64,000 bases of DNA from SAR86 cluster bacterium (GTDB lineage: Bacteria; Pseudomonadota; Gammaproteobacteria; Magnimaribacterales; AG-339-G14). The translations under genes were made by a program, and so were the position numbers. The stretch lies in contig CP097974.1 of NCBI GenBank assembly GCA_023703675.1, positions 661,288 through 725,287 on the forward strand. The letters are read 5' to 3'. The notes beneath the pieces were generated by a model. The model worked only from the letters and a program-made list of their open reading frames with translations. It did not search any database and was not told the DNA's origin. Below, one piece after another: positions 10,009 to 20,839 of the stretch; within the stretch, counting starts at the first letter, position 1; each line of letters starts with the position of its first letter.

Positions 10009-10545
10009 TTGAAATATTGTCCTGTTTGTGGTTCTTCAGAGATTAATTTAAAAATTCCCGAAGGAGATAATCGAGAGAGATACGTTTGCAATAATTGCGG
10101 AACCATACACTATTCAAATCCTAACGTTGTAGTTGGCACAATTCCGTCGTATGAAAATAAAATTTTACTTTGTAAGCGAGCTATTGAACCGAGATATGGC
10201 TTATGGACATTACCAGCTGGCTTTTTAGAAAATGGAGAATCTTTAGAAGATGGCGCAAAAAGAGAAACAAAAGAAGAAACTGAAGCTGACGTTAAAATGG
10301 GATCGATTTATACAATTTTTAACATTCCTCAAATAAACCAAGTTTATGTAATACATTTGGCTTCTTTGCAAGATCTATCATTCGGTCCTACAACTGAAAG
10401 TTTAGACGTAAAGCTTTTTTCTAAGGAAGACATTCCATATGATGAATTAGCTTTTCCATTTGTAACAAAAACAATTGATTATTTTTTTGAAGACCTTAAG
10501 AAAGATAGCTTTCCTTTAAGAGTGGGAGACATAATCAGAAAATAA
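10009..10545 (+). CDS. NUDIX hydrolase with N-terminal zinc ribbon
   Basis: 178 aa with a TTG start. It has the zinc ribbon 'CPVCG...(17)...CNNCG' and the Nudix box 'GFLENGESLEDGAKRETKEETEA'. Confidence 0.75.
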   Translation: MKYCPVCGSSEINLKIPEGDNRERYVCNNCGTIHYSNPNVVVGTIPSYENKILLCKRAIEPRYGLWTLPAGFLENGESLEDGAKRETKEETEADVKMGSIYTIFNIPQINQVYVIHLASLQDLSFGPTTESLDVKLFSKEDIPYDELAFPFVTKTIDYFFEDLKKDSFPLRVGDIIRK

Positions 10546-10546
10546 T

Positions 10547-13500
10547 CTAAAAATATTTTCTAGCATTGTGAAACATTTTTATCCATGGAGAAAAGCCCTC
10601 ATCGCCTAAATCTGTCCAAGACAATTGAGCATTTAAAAATGCCCTTTCAGGATGTGGCATCATAATTGTTACTTTTCCATCTTCTGAACAGATTCCTGTT
10701 ATTCCTTTCTCAGAGCCATTTGGATTGCCGGGATAAGATTCTGTTTCATTACCTGCGGTATCCACATAGGACATTACCAGCTGATTATTCTTTGATACCT
10801 TTTCAGGGTGCGAAAAAATCATTTTACCTTCACCATGGGCAACAGGAACAAGTAATTGTGAGTTTTCCATGTCGTCGAACAGCAAAGAATTTGATTTAAA
10901 GATTTTTATTTGGGTCAATCTTGCCTCAAATTGACCAGAACTATTATTTTTTAATTTTGGCCAATTATCGGTGCCAGGTATTATTTCTTTAAGATTGGAT
11001 AAAACTTGACAACCGTTACATACACCAAGAGAAAAGCTTTCTTTTTTACTAAAAAATTCTTCAAATTGGTTCTTTAACAACGAATTATTTAAAATAAAAT
11101 TGGCCCAGCCTTTTCCTGCCCCTAATACGTCGCCGAAAGAAAATCCTCCAGGAAAAATAATTCCTTGAAAATCTTTTAAATTAAACTTTTGAGACAACAA
11201 ATCGTTCATGTGAATATCTGTCACTTCAAAACCTGCAGTACTAAAAGCAGCCGCCATTTCTGTATGTCCATTTACTCCTTGTTCTCTAATCACCGCTAAA
11301 GACGGCTTTGAAAAGTTATCAATCCTTTTGGGTATCAAAAAATTTATGTGCTGTTTTAGAATATTAGTTTCTTTATCAAGATATGATTTTTCCTCTTGCT
11401 CAGCATCAAGCGGATTGTCTCTCAATTTTTTTATTGAAATAGAAACTTTTGACCAATTAGTCATTAATTCTTTGAAGGAAAATTGATCCTTGTAATCAAG
11501 AGCTTCTAAAATCAGTTTGGTTTCAGAAATAGTTTCACCAACCTTACTAATCTTTGTAAAACTAATATCTTTTAAAAAATCTAAAAGTTCTTCGTAACTT
11601 TCGTTAGATAATTGAAGAATTAATCCTGGTTCTTCAGAAAATAAATTCTTCTTGAGATCGTCTAATGCATAATCTAACTTAATTTTTAAACCACAATTTC
11701 CAGCAAACATCATCTCGATTAAACTCGTTACCATTCCACCATCTGAAATATCATGCAAAGCTGATATCTTTTTTTTGTTAATTAACTCACAAATCTTATC
11801 GAAGACTTTAGGGAACTTATCTATTTCCTCTATGTCAGGAGATGACTTAAAATCTGAATTAATTACCTGGCTTAGAATTGACCCTCCAAGCCTCATTTCA
11901 CTTGAACCAAAGTTTATTCTGACCAAAACTAAATCTTCAGAATTACTTAACATAGGCGTTATAGATTTAGTAATGTCTTTAATTGGAGAAAACGCTGATA
12001 CGATTAATGATTCAGGACTAGTATTTTTATTTTTACCCCAATTAGTTTCCATTGAGAGAGAGTCTTTTCCAACTGGTATGGTCAAATGCCATTTTTGACA
12101 GATATCTTCACTTACTGTTTTAACAGTATTAAATAAACTTGAATTTGTTTCCATAGTATTTGGAGCAGCCATCCAATTAGCTGAAAGTTTAATCGAAGAC
12201 AATTTTTGAACACCACTGGACAAAAGATTTAGCAACGCTTCAACAATTGCTAAGCGACCTGCAGCCTGAGGATTTATTAAAGCAACTGGTGATCTTTCAC
12301 CCATTGCCATGGCTTCACCCGTAACTTCATTGTAATTGGTCATTGTTATGGCGTTATCTGCTACAGGAATTTGTAAAGGGCCAATCATCTGATCTCGAAA
12401 TGTTAGGCCTCCAACATTTCTATCACCTATATTTATCAGGAAATTTTTCCTCGATACAGTCGGATGTCTTAAAACTGAGAGGAGCTCTTTTTTTATATCA
12501 AAATTTAAATTCTTTATTTTTTCTTTAGCTATTTTAAGTGGCTTTTTATAATCTCTAAATAAATTTTTGTTGGCTCCAAAAATAAAATTCATATCTAAAT
12601 TTATGATTGATTGATCCCCTCTTGAAACAATTAATCTTTTTTCTTCTAAAAAATTCCCAACTACTGCAATGGGACAATTTTCTCTTAAGCAGATATTTTC
12701 TAAGGTTTTGAGATTGTCTTTTTCTATCGCCATTACGTATCTTTCCTGGGATTCGTTACACCAAATTTCCATCTCACTCATGGAAGGATCAGCGCAAGGT
12801 ATTTTGGAAAAGTCTATTGCAGCTCCAAATCCACAATCATTAATTAGTTCTGGAAGAGCATTGGAAAGACCCCCTGCTCCAACATCGTGTATAAAACTTA
12901 TGGGATTAGCATCTCCAAGTTGCCAGCATTGATCGATAACTTCCTGGCATCTTCTTTGCATTTCTGGATTTGATCTTTGCACTGAAGCAAAATCCAAAGC
13001 TTCTTCGGAGCTTCCTGTTTCAGTTGACGATGCTGAACCACCGCCCAATCCAATGAGGTAACCTGGACCACCAATCACAACAATTTTTGCAGTTTTCTTT
13101 ACTTTGTTTTTATGTGTATGAATTGGACGAATATTTCCAATGCCGCCAGCAATCATGATTGGCTTATGAAATCCTGAATGAGTTTTATTATTTTCGTCAT
13201 ATTTTTCAAAAGATCTGAAATAACCCAATATATTTGGCCTTCCAAACTCATTATTAAAAGATGCAGCACCAATAGGTCCCTCGATCATTATTTCCAAAGG
13301 TGAAGCAATTCTTTTGGGCTTATTTTCTTTACCTTCCCAAGATTCAATTTGACTAGGTATCCTTAAGTGCGATACAGAAAAACCGCATAAGCCTGCTTTT
13401 GGTTTTGCGCCTCTTCCAGTTGCACCTTCATCTCTTATCTCTCCGCCAGAGCCCGTAGCAGCTCCTGGAAATGGAGCAATGGCGGTGGGATGATTATGAG

Positions 13501-14389
13501 TTTCTACCTTAATACAAAAATTATTGCCTTCTTTAAAATTTTTATACTTTTTTGAATTAGGATCTGGAAAAAATCTTGATTCTCCAAATCCTTCTATAAC
13601 AGCTGCGTTATCGCTATAAGCCGATAATACATTTTCAGAATGGTTACGATAAGTATCTTTGATCATTGAAAATAAACTTTTTCCTTCGTCAACCTTATCC
13701 AATCCATTCCAATTGGAGTTAAAAATTTTGTGACGACAATGTTCAGAGTTTATCTGCGAAAACATCATTAACTCTGAGTCTTGAACTTTTCTTTCTATAT
13801 TTTTTAATCCGAGGAATAAATAATTTATTTCATATTCATTTAAACCAAGATTTAAGTCTTTGTTTGCCTTAATGAAACTGTCTTTGGTTGCGCATTCAAT
13901 TTCTCTACTAATTTTCTTGTCAGGCACAGAAAACAATTCTTTTATCTTGGCAAGTTCTAAAATTATTTCTTCCGTTAGGGGATCAAATAAAATGCTCAAA
14001 TCTTTCACATTCAAATCTGTTTCTTTTGAAAAAGAGTATAAATTCAATTTCTCTATATTCAGCAAATCCATTCCGCACTTTGAAAAAATATCTTTGACCT
14101 TTGATGACCATGGCGACTGAATTCCTTTTTTTGGCGATATGAACACTGATTGCAAGGAAATTGATTGGTTATTTTTTCCTCCTAAAAGACTTAGAATCGT
14201 TCTTTTTTCAGATTCCGCAATTTCAGACCAAGGCTTTCTAGTCTCCAATATGAAAAAATCGCTTATTTCATTGAGGAATAATTTTCTCTCTTTTAATAAA
14301 TTAGCTATTCTTAAAGTTTTGAAGTTAGAAAAAGATAAATCGCCTAAGATGCCAACAGTATTAGGAGAGAATTCATAAATATTTTGCAT
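10547..14389 (-). CDS. purL: phosphoribosylformylglycinamidine synthase, single-chain large type
   Basis: 1280 aa with 'HNHPTAIAPFPGAATGSGGEIRDE'. The C-terminal glutaminase domain has 'GVCNGCQ' and 'MPHPER'. Confidence 0.97.
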   Translation of the reverse strand: MQNIYEFSPNTVGILGDLSFSNFKTLRIANLLKERKLFLNEISDFFILETRKPWSEIAESEKRTILSLLGGKNNQSISLQSVFISPKKGIQSPWSSKVKDIFSKCGMDLLNIEKLNLYSFSKETDLNVKDLSILFDPLTEEIILELAKIKELFSVPDKKISREIECATKDSFIKANKDLNLGLNEYEINYLFLGLKNIERKVQDSELMMFSQINSEHCRHKIFNSNWNGLDKVDEGKSLFSMIKDTYRNHSENVLSAYSDNAAVIEGFGESRFFPDPNSKKYKNFKEGNNFCIKVETHNHPTAIAPFPGAATGSGGEIRDEGATGRGAKPKAGLCGFSVSHLRIPSQIESWEGKENKPKRIASPLEIMIEGPIGAASFNNEFGRPNILGYFRSFEKYDENNKTHSGFHKPIMIAGGIGNIRPIHTHKNKVKKTAKIVVIGGPGYLIGLGGGSASSTETGSSEEALDFASVQRSNPEMQRRCQEVIDQCWQLGDANPISFIHDVGAGGLSNALPELINDCGFGAAIDFSKIPCADPSMSEMEIWCNESQERYVMAIEKDNLKTLENICLRENCPIAVVGNFLEEKRLIVSRGDQSIINLDMNFIFGANKNLFRDYKKPLKIAKEKIKNLNFDIKKELLSVLRHPTVSRKNFLINIGDRNVGGLTFRDQMIGPLQIPVADNAITMTNYNEVTGEAMAMGERSPVALINPQAAGRLAIVEALLNLLSSGVQKLSSIKLSANWMAAPNTMETNSSLFNTVKTVSEDICQKWHLTIPVGKDSLSMETNWGKNKNTSPESLIVSAFSPIKDITKSITPMLSNSEDLVLVRINFGSSEMRLGGSILSQVINSDFKSSPDIEEIDKFPKVFDKICELINKKKISALHDISDGGMVTSLIEMMFAGNCGLKIKLDYALDDLKKNLFSEEPGLILQLSNESYEELLDFLKDISFTKISKVGETISETKLILEALDYKDQFSFKELMTNWSKVSISIKKLRDNPLDAEQEEKSYLDKETNILKQHINFLIPKRIDNFSKPSLAVIREQGVNGHTEMAAAFSTAGFEVTDIHMNDLLSQKFNLKDFQGIIFPGGFSFGDVLGAGKGWANFILNNSLLKNQFEEFFSKKESFSLGVCNGCQVLSNLKEIIPGTDNWPKLKNNSSGQFEARLTQIKIFKSNSLLFDDMENSQLLVPVAHGEGKMIFSHPEKVSKNNQLVMSYVDTAGNETESYPGNPNGSEKGITGICSEDGKVTIMMPHPERAFLNAQLSWTDLGDEGFSPWIKMFHNARKYF

Positions 14390-14445
14390 TTTTGCCTGAG
14401 ATTTAAATATTATAAATCAAGAAGACTTTTTATTTCTCAAGTAAT

Positions 14446-16443
14446 TTAAGCCGCAAAAAGCTTGTTCTTTAATGAAGTGATTTTGTCGCGGATATTTGCT
14501 GCTTCTTCAAACTCAAGTTTAGTAGCGTGATCCAACATCAATTTTTCAAGAGCATCAATTTTTTCAGCTAACTCTTTAGGAGACAGGTACTCTTCCTCAA
14601 ATTTTTTGTCAACTTCTTCAATGAATTCTTTCTTCGTAAGATTTTTCGATCCTTCCATAACGTCCATAATAGGCCTTACAATACCTTCTGGTTTAATATT
14701 ATGTTTTTCGTTAAAAGCCATTTGAATCTTTCTTCTTTCTTTAGTCGTTTTGATTGTTCTTTGCATTGAGCCAGTTTCTTTATCGCCATACAAAATAGCA
14801 TGACCATTAATGTGTCTTGCAGCTCGTCCAATTGTTTGTATTAGTGAAGTGTCAGAACGAAGAAATCCTTCTTTGTCAGCATCTAAAATTGCTACCAAGG
14901 AAACTTCCGGTAAATCTAATCCTTCTCTTAAAAGATTAATACCTACCAATACATCAAAATTTCCAAGTCTTAAATCTCTTAAAATTTCCGATCGTTCAAC
15001 AGTATCAATATCGGAATGAAGATATTTAACATTGATATCTTTTTCAAAAAGATATTGCGCTAAATCCTCTGCCATTCTTTTTGTAAGAACTGTCACCAAA
15101 ACTCTTTCTTTTTTCTTTGTTTTTTCATAAATTTCTGAAATTAAGTCATCCACTTGATTGGTTGCGGGTCTTATCTCAATTGTCGGATCAAGTAATCCTG
15201 TGGGTCTTACTATCAAATCCACCATTTGATCTAAATTTTCATTTTCGTATTCTCCCGGAGTGGCAGAAACAAATATCTTTTGTCCTGACAAGATTTCCCA
15301 TTCATCAAATCTTAGAGGTCTATTGTCGAGTGCGCTTGGTAATCTAAATCCATATTCAGTGAGTGTTTCTTTTCTAGATCGATCTCCCCGATACATTCCT
15401 CTTATTTGAGGTAAAGAAACGTGAGACTCGTCTACAAAAACTAAGGCGTCCTCAGGTAAATACTCGTATAAAGTTGGCGGTGCCTCCCCTTTTTTTCTTC
15501 CAGACAGATATCGTGAATAGTTCTCAATGCCCGAACAGAAACCTAATTCTTTAATCATCTCCATGTCGTATTTAGTCCTTTCCTCAATCCTCTGAGCTTC
15601 AATCAGTTTTTCATTTTTTTTGAAATATCGAACTCTTTCTTTCATTTCAGATCTGATTTTCTCAACTGCACTGAGCATAATGTCTCTGGAAGTTACGTAA
15701 TGGGTTTTAGGAAAAATAGTCACCCTTGGAACGTCTCTAATTATTTCTCCGGTCAAGGGATCGAAGAATTTTAATGATTCAATTTCGGTATCAAATAATT
15801 CAATTCTTAAAGCCTCAAAATCTGACTCTGCTGGAAAAATATCTATTACATCTCCTTTAACTCTATAAGTTGCTCTTTTAAACTCAACATCATTTCTAGT
15901 GTATTGAAGTTCAGCCAATCGCATCAGCAGAACTTTCATGTCAATTTCGTCGCCCCGATCAAGATGCAAAACCATCTTTAAATAGGATTTTGGATCTCCA
16001 AGACCATAAATTGCTGAGACCGAAGCAACTATAATTACATCCCTCCTTTCCATGATTGCCTTTGTTGCAGACAAACGCATTTGTTCTATGTGCTCATTTA
16101 TTGAAGCATCTTTTTCAATGAATGTATCTGAAGTTGGGACATATGCTTCAGGTTGATAATAATCATAGTACGAAACAAAGTATTCAACTGCATTCTCAGG
16201 AAAAAATTCTTTAAACTCACCGTACAATTGAGCGGCTAATGTCTTATTATGAGCCATCACTATAGCGGGCCTCTGAACTTCTTGGATGATGTTGGCCATA
16301 GCGAATGTTTTCCCAGAACCAGTAACTCCTCTTAGGGTTTGATTAAGAAGACCAGAATTTAAACCTTCTACAATTGTTTTGATTGCCTTAGGTTGATCTC
16401 CTGAAGGTTTGAAGTCAGATTTAATATTAAATGATTTAGTCAT
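14446..16443 (-). CDS. uvrB: excinuclease ABC subunit B
   Basis: 665 aa with Walker A 'GVTGSGKT', 'VDESHV', helicase motifs and the C-terminal UVR domain '[13 protein letters not shown]'. Confidence 0.97.
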   Translation of the reverse strand: MTKSFNIKSDFKPSGDQPKAIKTIVEGLNSGLLNQTLRGVTGSGKTFAMANIIQEVQRPAIVMAHNKTLAAQLYGEFKEFFPENAVEYFVSYYDYYQPEAYVPTSDTFIEKDASINEHIEQMRLSATKAIMERRDVIIVASVSAIYGLGDPKSYLKMVLHLDRGDEIDMKVLLMRLAELQYTRNDVEFKRATYRVKGDVIDIFPAESDFEALRIELFDTEIESLKFFDPLTGEIIRDVPRVTIFPKTHYVTSRDIMLSAVEKIRSEMKERVRYFKKNEKLIEAQRIEERTKYDMEMIKELGFCSGIENYSRYLSGRKKGEAPPTLYEYLPEDALVFVDESHVSLPQIRGMYRGDRSRKETLTEYGFRLPSALDNRPLRFDEWEILSGQKIFVSATPGEYENENLDQMVDLIVRPTGLLDPTIEIRPATNQVDDLISEIYEKTKKKERVLVTVLTKRMAEDLAQYLFEKDINVKYLHSDIDTVERSEILRDLRLGNFDVLVGINLLREGLDLPEVSLVAILDADKEGFLRSDTSLIQTIGRAARHINGHAILYGDKETGSMQRTIKTTKERRKIQMAFNEKHNIKPEGIVRPIMDVMEGSKNLTKKEFIEEVDKKFEEEYLSPKELAEKIDALEKLMLDHATKLEFEEAANIRDKITSLKNKLFAA

Positions 16444-16474
16444 ATTTCGTTTTTTTGCCTATAATACCTCGATT

Positions 16475-16550
<76 letters not shown>

Positions 16551-16558
16551 GAATTATA

Positions 16559-17275
16559 ATGCCTATATATAATAAAGATAAATCGGATCCATACAAACTC
16601 AGTAGAACCAGAATAGAAAATTTTTGCAGATGCCCAAAATGTTTTTACTTGGAAGAAAAATTAGGTATTAGCAGGCCAAGTTCATTTCCATTCAATTTAA
16701 ATAACGCTGTCGATGAATTACTTAAAGATGAATTCGATTCCTTTAGAGGAACTAAAGAAAATCATCCTTACATATTGAATTCGGGTTTAGACGCTAAGCC
16801 TTTTAGCCATCCGGAAATTGAAGATTGGAGAACAAGGAACAAGGGCATCGGTTTTTTAGATGCAGAAACAAATTTCTATTTATATGGTTTAGTTGATGAT
16901 GTGTGGATAAACACAAAAACAGATCAATTAATAATTGTAGATTATAAAGCTACCTCCAAGGATGGGGAGGTTTCCTTAGATGCACCCTGGCAAATATCTT
17001 ATAAAAGACAAGTTGAAATTTATCAATGGCTATTTCGAAATAATGGTTTCGATGTTCAAGACACTGCTTATTTTGTATATTGCAATGCAATTAGAAAAAA
17101 TATTCCCTTTGAAAATAAACTCAATTTTAAAATTAAACTTATTCCTTACAAAGGTAATGATTCTTGGATACCAAGCGTAATAAGAAAAATGAAAGATTGT
17201 TTAGACGCTGAGTCACCTCCAGCTCCGAGTAAAAGCTGCGAACATTGCAGATATGTACTAAAGGCAAACATTTAA
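16559..17275 (+). CDS. PD-(D/E)XK (Cas4/RecB-like) nuclease family protein with terminal Cys clusters
   Basis: I take the start at ATG 16559 ('MPIYNK...') because the longer ORF from 16409 runs through tRNA-Asn. 238 aa. It has the motifs 'GLVDDV', 'IIVDYKATSK' (D...D/ExK) and 'QVEIYQWL' (QxxxY). Cys clusters are 'CRCPKC' at the N-terminus and 'CEHC' at the C-terminus. Confidence 0.6.
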   Translation: MPIYNKDKSDPYKLSRTRIENFCRCPKCFYLEEKLGISRPSSFPFNLNNAVDELLKDEFDSFRGTKENHPYILNSGLDAKPFSHPEIEDWRTRNKGIGFLDAETNFYLYGLVDDVWINTKTDQLIIVDYKATSKDGEVSLDAPWQISYKRQVEIYQWLFRNNGFDVQDTAYFVYCNAIRKNIPFENKLNFKIKLIPYKGNDSWIPSVIRKMKDCLDAESPPAPSKSCEHCRYVLKANI

Positions 17276-17277
17276 CA

Positions 17278-18216
17278 ATGGAATTTCTTTTACCCTCTTT
17301 ATTACTCATTTTGGGATTAATTTTTCTAGTCAAAGGAGCTGATATATTTATTACAAACGTATCAAAATTAGGGAAAAAACTTGGCGTCAACGACATGTTA
17401 CTTGGAATAACTGTTGTAGCTCTTGGCACGTCTATTCCTGAAGTTTTTGTGAGCATATCTTCAGTGATAAATTTAAAGCCTGAAATTGCTATTGGTAATT
17501 CATTAGGATCAAATATTGCAAACATTGGGATAGTTTTTGGGTTTTCATGCTTTTTTATCGCTAGATCTGAAATCTCTTTGAATCTTAGAGATATTTTCTT
17601 ACTTATTCTAACCTCCTTAATTGCAGGATATGTTTTATTCGATTACAAAATTTCTGTCAGTGATTCTATTTTAATGATTGGTTTATTTTTACTTTTTCTC
17701 ATGCATTTACTTAGACAAAAACCTCAAGAGATCAATAGTTCATCTGATTCAAATAATACTCTATGGTTAATTTTTCTATCGCTTTCAAGTCTTGTATTCC
17801 TGCTGATAGGTTCAGAATTGACAGTAAAATATGGATCTAGCATTGCTTCATTAATTGGTATATCAGATGTAGTGATTGGATTAACTATGGTTGCAATAGG
17901 AACTAGTCTTCCAGAATTAGCTACGTCTTTCGTCGCTTTAAAACAAAAAAAAGGAAATCTTGTTATTGGAAATATTGTCGGATCTAACATATTAAATATT
18001 GTTTTAGTTTTTCCAATAATAGGTATGTCGCTCTCAAAAATATTTGGCTCTGAAATTCTTACTAGAGATTTTTTGATGATGTCCATTCTGACCGCGATAT
18101 TTGTTACTTATTTAAGTTTAGGTTCATTTGAAAACCGATTTAAGAAACTTACTGCGCCGATAGCTGGAATGAGTTTAATTTGCTACACCCTTTACTATTT
18201 TTTCAGTTTGTTTTGA
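17278..18216 (+). CDS. Ca2+/Na+ antiporter (CaCA family, YrbG-like)
   Basis: I take the start at ATG 17278 ('MEFLLPSLL...'), 2 nt after the upstream stop. It is polytopic, with duplicated alpha-repeats 'ALGTSIPE' and 'AIGTSLPE' and 'GNIVGSNILN'. Confidence 0.85.
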   Translation: MEFLLPSLLLILGLIFLVKGADIFITNVSKLGKKLGVNDMLLGITVVALGTSIPEVFVSISSVINLKPEIAIGNSLGSNIANIGIVFGFSCFFIARSEISLNLRDIFLLILTSLIAGYVLFDYKISVSDSILMIGLFLLFLMHLLRQKPQEINSSSDSNNTLWLIFLSLSSLVFLLIGSELTVKYGSSIASLIGISDVVIGLTMVAIGTSLPELATSFVALKQKKGNLVIGNIVGSNILNIVLVFPIIGMSLSKIFGSEILTRDFLMMSILTAIFVTYLSLGSFENRFKKLTAPIAGMSLICYTLYYFFSLF

Positions 18217-18217
18217 T

Positions 18218-19591
18218 TTATTTCTTCTTCCAATAAGTTTTCCCTTCTTTATCTTCAAGAGAAATACCCTTTTCTGAAAGTTCTTTCCTAATTGAATCAG
18301 CTAGAGCGAAATTTTTATTGGCTCTAGCCTCATTTCTCTCTTCAATTGCTTCTTGGATCTTCTTATCATCAAGCTCTAAGTCTCCAGAATACTTAAAATA
18401 ATCTTCTGCGGAATTTAAAAGCAACCCAATTGAATTTGCAAAACTTCTTAGACTATTTTTAAGTTTTCTTAAGTCAGAATTATCTGTTGATACTTGCCTA
18501 TTTATTTGTTGATTTATTTCTTGAAGAACTTTAATTGCTTTTGGAGTATTGAAGTCATCTTTTAAAGAGTTATTAAATTTTATAGAGAATGATTTATCTA
18601 CTTCTAATTTGGATTCATCGAATCCTCTTATACTTTCGTAAAGTTTATCCAATATATTCTTTGCATCATTTATAGAATTTTCATTGAAGTTAATGGGTTT
18701 TCTGTAATGTGTTAAATAAAAAAACATTCTCAAAACCTCTGGATGATATTCTTTTAATACGTCTTTAATAGTTACAAAATTGCCTAAAGATTTCGACATT
18801 TTTTTTCCATTAACATTCAATGGTGCAACATGCATCCAATGATTAGCTAATGTTTTTCCCGAACAACATTCAGATTGCGCTATTTCATTTTCATGATGAG
18901 GAAACTTTAAATCTAAACCGCCCCCATGGATATCGAAAGTTTCACCAAGGAATTTTTTACTCATAGCAGAGCACTCAATATGCCATCCGGGCCTTCCTTT
19001 ACCCCATTTAGAATCGAATAAAGGCTCTTCTTCTGATCTCTTCCAAAGAACGAAGTCATTTGGATTCTTTTTGTTTTCATCAATTTCTACTCTTGAACCA
19101 GATTCAAGTTCTTTTTGCTTTCTCTTTGAAAGTTTTCCGTAATCTTCATATGAATTAATATCGAAATACACATCTCCGCCATCGATTGAGTATGCAAATT
19201 CTTTTGCTTCTAATTCTTCAATCATCTCAAGTATTTCGGGTATGTTTTCAGATGCTCTTGGTTCAAATTTTGGTGACAAGAGATTCAATTTACTAAAATC
19301 ATGATGCATGGAAAAAATAAATCTATCTGAGATTTCACTGAAAGAAACCTTTTCAAGCTTTGCTTTATCGATAATTTTGTCTTCGATATCAGTTATGTTT
19401 CTTACATAATTAACTCTGTAACCAAGATAAGAAAAAAACCTTACAAATAAATCGAAACTGATGAATGTACGTGCATGACCAATATGGCAATCATCGTAGA
19501 CTGTCATGCCACAGACGTATAGATTGATCCTGTCTTTTTCAATTAAGACCAAATCTTCTTTTTTTGATGAAATACTATTAAAGATTTTCAT
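18218..19591 (-). CDS. cysS: cysteine--tRNA ligase
   Basis: 457 aa with 'CHIGHART' (HIGH motif) and 'KMSKSLGN' (KMSKS motif). Confidence 0.97.
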   Translation of the reverse strand: MKIFNSISSKKEDLVLIEKDRINLYVCGMTVYDDCHIGHARTFISFDLFVRFFSYLGYRVNYVRNITDIEDKIIDKAKLEKVSFSEISDRFIFSMHHDFSKLNLLSPKFEPRASENIPEILEMIEELEAKEFAYSIDGGDVYFDINSYEDYGKLSKRKQKELESGSRVEIDENKKNPNDFVLWKRSEEEPLFDSKWGKGRPGWHIECSAMSKKFLGETFDIHGGGLDLKFPHHENEIAQSECCSGKTLANHWMHVAPLNVNGKKMSKSLGNFVTIKDVLKEYHPEVLRMFFYLTHYRKPINFNENSINDAKNILDKLYESIRGFDESKLEVDKSFSIKFNNSLKDDFNTPKAIKVLQEINQQINRQVSTDNSDLRKLKNSLRSFANSIGLLLNSAEDYFKYSGDLELDDKKIQEAIEERNEARANKNFALADSIRKELSEKGISLEDKEGKTYWKKK

Positions 19592-19627
19592 TTTTTATTG
19601 ACGTTTCGAGTATTATACTTGTTCATT

Positions 19628-20122
19628 ATGAATGAAATTATAATTTTAGCTGTCACTACTAGCATGGGTAATTTTGATATTGAACTCTATCCAAAGGACG
19701 CCCCTATTACCGTTGAAAATTTTGTTGAGTACGTGGATGATAATTTTTTTGAAAACGTTTTATTTCATAGAATCATCCCTGGATTTGTAATTCAAGGCGG
19801 GGGTTTTGAAATAGGTATGAATCAAAAGCCGACTAAAGATCCTATAAAAAATGAATCAGATAATGGACTTAAAAACGAGAAATACACGCTATCGATGGCA
19901 AGAACAAATGAGCTTGATTCTGCTACATCTCAGTTCTTTATAAATTTATCTGACAATGAATTTTTAGACTATCCTAATTCTGGAGGATATGCAGTTTTTG
20001 GAAAAGTTATTTCAGGCCAAGAAGTTATTGATGAAATTGCTAAAGTAAAAACAACATTTGTTTCAGGTCATCAGGACGTTCCGGTAGAAGACGTCTATAT
20101 GATAAGTGTTGAAAAAAAATGA
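19628..20122 (+). CDS. ppiB: peptidyl-prolyl cis-trans isomerase, cyclophilin type (cytoplasmic)
   Basis: I prefer ATG 19628 over the TTG at 19598. It has 'FHRIIPGFVIQGGG' and 'SQFFINL' and no signal peptide. Adjacency to cysS and lpxH matches the E. coli arrangement. Confidence 0.9.
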   Translation: MNEIIILAVTTSMGNFDIELYPKDAPITVENFVEYVDDNFFENVLFHRIIPGFVIQGGGFEIGMNQKPTKDPIKNESDNGLKNEKYTLSMARTNELDSATSQFFINLSDNEFLDYPNSGGYAVFGKVISGQEVIDEIAKVKTTFVSGHQDVPVEDVYMISVEKK

Positions 20123-20125
20123 TAC

Positions 20126-20836
20126 ATGTCAGTTTTTTTTATATCTGATCTTCATCTTCAAGAAAGCCGGCCAGAACTTACTAAAGCTTTCATAAATTTT
20201 TTAACTAAAAAAATAAATTCAGAAGATGAACTTTACATTTTAGGTGATTTTTTTGAGCAATGGATTGGTGATGATCATGAAAATCAGTTCATTAACCTGA
20301 TAAAAAAAACTTTAAGAGAAAAGACAACCTCAGGTAGCAAAATATATTTTATGCACGGAAATAGAGATTTTCTTATTGGGAAAAAATTTTGTAACGATGT
20401 GAATTCTATTTTGCTTGATGACCCACATGAATTAGAAATCTCGAGAAAGAAGATTCTACTGATGCATGGGGATTCTCTTTGCACTGACGATAAAGATTAT
20501 CAAGAGTTTAGATCATTGGTTAGAAATAAAAATTGGCAAGAAGAATTTTTATCAAAAGATCTAAATGAGAGAATGGAAGTGGCTAAAAGCCTAAGAGAAG
20601 TAAGCAAACTTGAAAATAAATCTAAAGACGAAGCAATAATGGATGTTAATAATTTAGAAGTCCTAAAAATTATCGAAGAAAATTCTTTAGATTTATTAAT
20701 CCATGGTCATACTCACAGGCCATTTGTTCATGATGAGAATGGAGTGCCCAGAATGGTTTTGGGAGATTGGGGCTCACACTTGTGGTACATCAAAAGTACT
20801 GATGGAAAGTTTGAACTAATGAAAGAAAATATTTAA
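20126..20836 (+). CDS. lpxH: UDP-2,3-diacylglucosamine diphosphatase
   Basis: 236 aa with metallophosphoesterase motifs 'FISDLHL', 'LGDFFEQWIGDD', 'GNRDFL' and 'HGHTHRP'. Confidence 0.88.
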   Translation: MSVFFISDLHLQESRPELTKAFINFLTKKINSEDELYILGDFFEQWIGDDHENQFINLIKKTLREKTTSGSKIYFMHGNRDFLIGKKFCNDVNSILLDDPHELEISRKKILLMHGDSLCTDDKDYQEFRSLVRNKNWQEEFLSKDLNERMEVAKSLREVSKLENKSKDEAIMDVNNLEVLKIIEENSLDLLIHGHTHRPFVHDENGVPRMVLGDWGSHLWYIKSTDGKFELMKENI

Positions 20837-20839
20837 TAA

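Noticed and set aside
17139-17525. A 128-aa minus-strand ORF bridging the nuclease/antiporter junction.
   Set aside because: It is antisense to two well-supported genes and has no motifs. Its open frame is explained by the codon-phase argument over the antiporter portion.
19598-19627. TTG-initiated N-terminal extensions on the ORF track: ppiB at 19598, GST at 61200 and yhhQ at 50886.
   Set aside because: The downstream ATGs (19628, 61146 with a GGAGAG SD, and 50883) give N-termini that match family norms. The extensions add non-conserved residues or overlap divergent neighbours.
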